A stretch of 64,000 nucleotides of DNA from Felis catus. Lineage: Eukaryota. The position numbers and the translations under genes were made by a program. The stretch covers positions 25,298,001 to 25,362,000 of the forward strand of contig NC_058369.1 of the NCBI RefSeq assembly GCF_018350175.1, in the 5' to 3' direction. Shown here in pieces: positions 63,667 to 64,000 of the stretch (the stretch's first letter is position 1; each line of letters starts with the position of its first letter). The notes below the pieces were generated by a model. That model did not search any database. It was not told the DNA's origin and saw only the letters and a list, made by a program, of their open reading frames with translations.

Positions 63667-63706
63667 CATATATATATATGTGTATATATACATATATATA
63701 CATATA

Positions 63707-63741
<35 letters not shown>

Positions 63742-64000
63742 GAGTATTACTCGGCAATCAAAAAGAATGAAACCTTGCCATTTGCAACTACATGGATGGA
63801 ACTAGAGGGTATTATGCTAAGTGAAATTAGTCAGAGAAAGACAAAAATCATATGACTTCACTCATATGAGGACTTTAAGATACAAAACAGATTAACATAA
63901 GGGAAGGGAAGCAAAAAAATATAAAAACAGGGAGGGGGACAAAGCATGAGAGACTCATAAATATGGAGAACAAACAGAGGGTTACTGGAGGGGGTGTGGG
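63383..64000 (+). mobile_element. Young 5'-truncated L1 (L1_Fc-type), runs off the window; (TA)n expansion 63623-63740
   Basis: [28 protein letters not shown]...[15 protein letters not shown]. Confidence 0.93.

Noticed and set aside
61100..64000. APPL1 promoter or first exon expected upstream of HESX1
   Set aside because: No CpG island or APPL1-like exon seen; presumably beyond the window

Overview
Felid (cat-like) genomic DNA, judged from about 60 Can-SINEs including near-consensus SINEC_Fc-type copies and young L1_Fc-type LINE fragments. The only protein-coding gene I can support is the homeobox gene HESX1 on the minus strand: 4 coding exons at 42535-42379, 41868-41669, 41356-41255 and 41158-41060, giving an intact 185-aa protein with GT-AG introns. 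It sits in a roughly 4.6 kb TE-free island, with a homeodomain/FOX-motif-rich promoter and a GATA/PITX/SOX motif cluster about 3.4 kb downstream (candidate 3' enhancer). A CpG-rich patch near 1.5-2.1 kb has CTCF- and RFX-like motifs; from recalled human synteny it lies toward IL17RD. The rest is layered TE sequence (Can-SINE, L1, L2, MIR, MLT1/MLT2/LTR33/ERVL, MER3, MER45, Tigger1) and microsatellites. I do not see a new gene system. The most unusual signals are small-scale: a 22-nt patch inside a young L1 copied from a unique junction 2.3 kb away, two fold-back insertions, repeated SINE re-use of single target sites, a possible upstream splice acceptor with an in-frame ATG for HESX1, and a convergent CTCF-like pair bracketing the locus. 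TE family names come from recalled consensus sequences, and TE boundaries are approximate unless a TSD is given.
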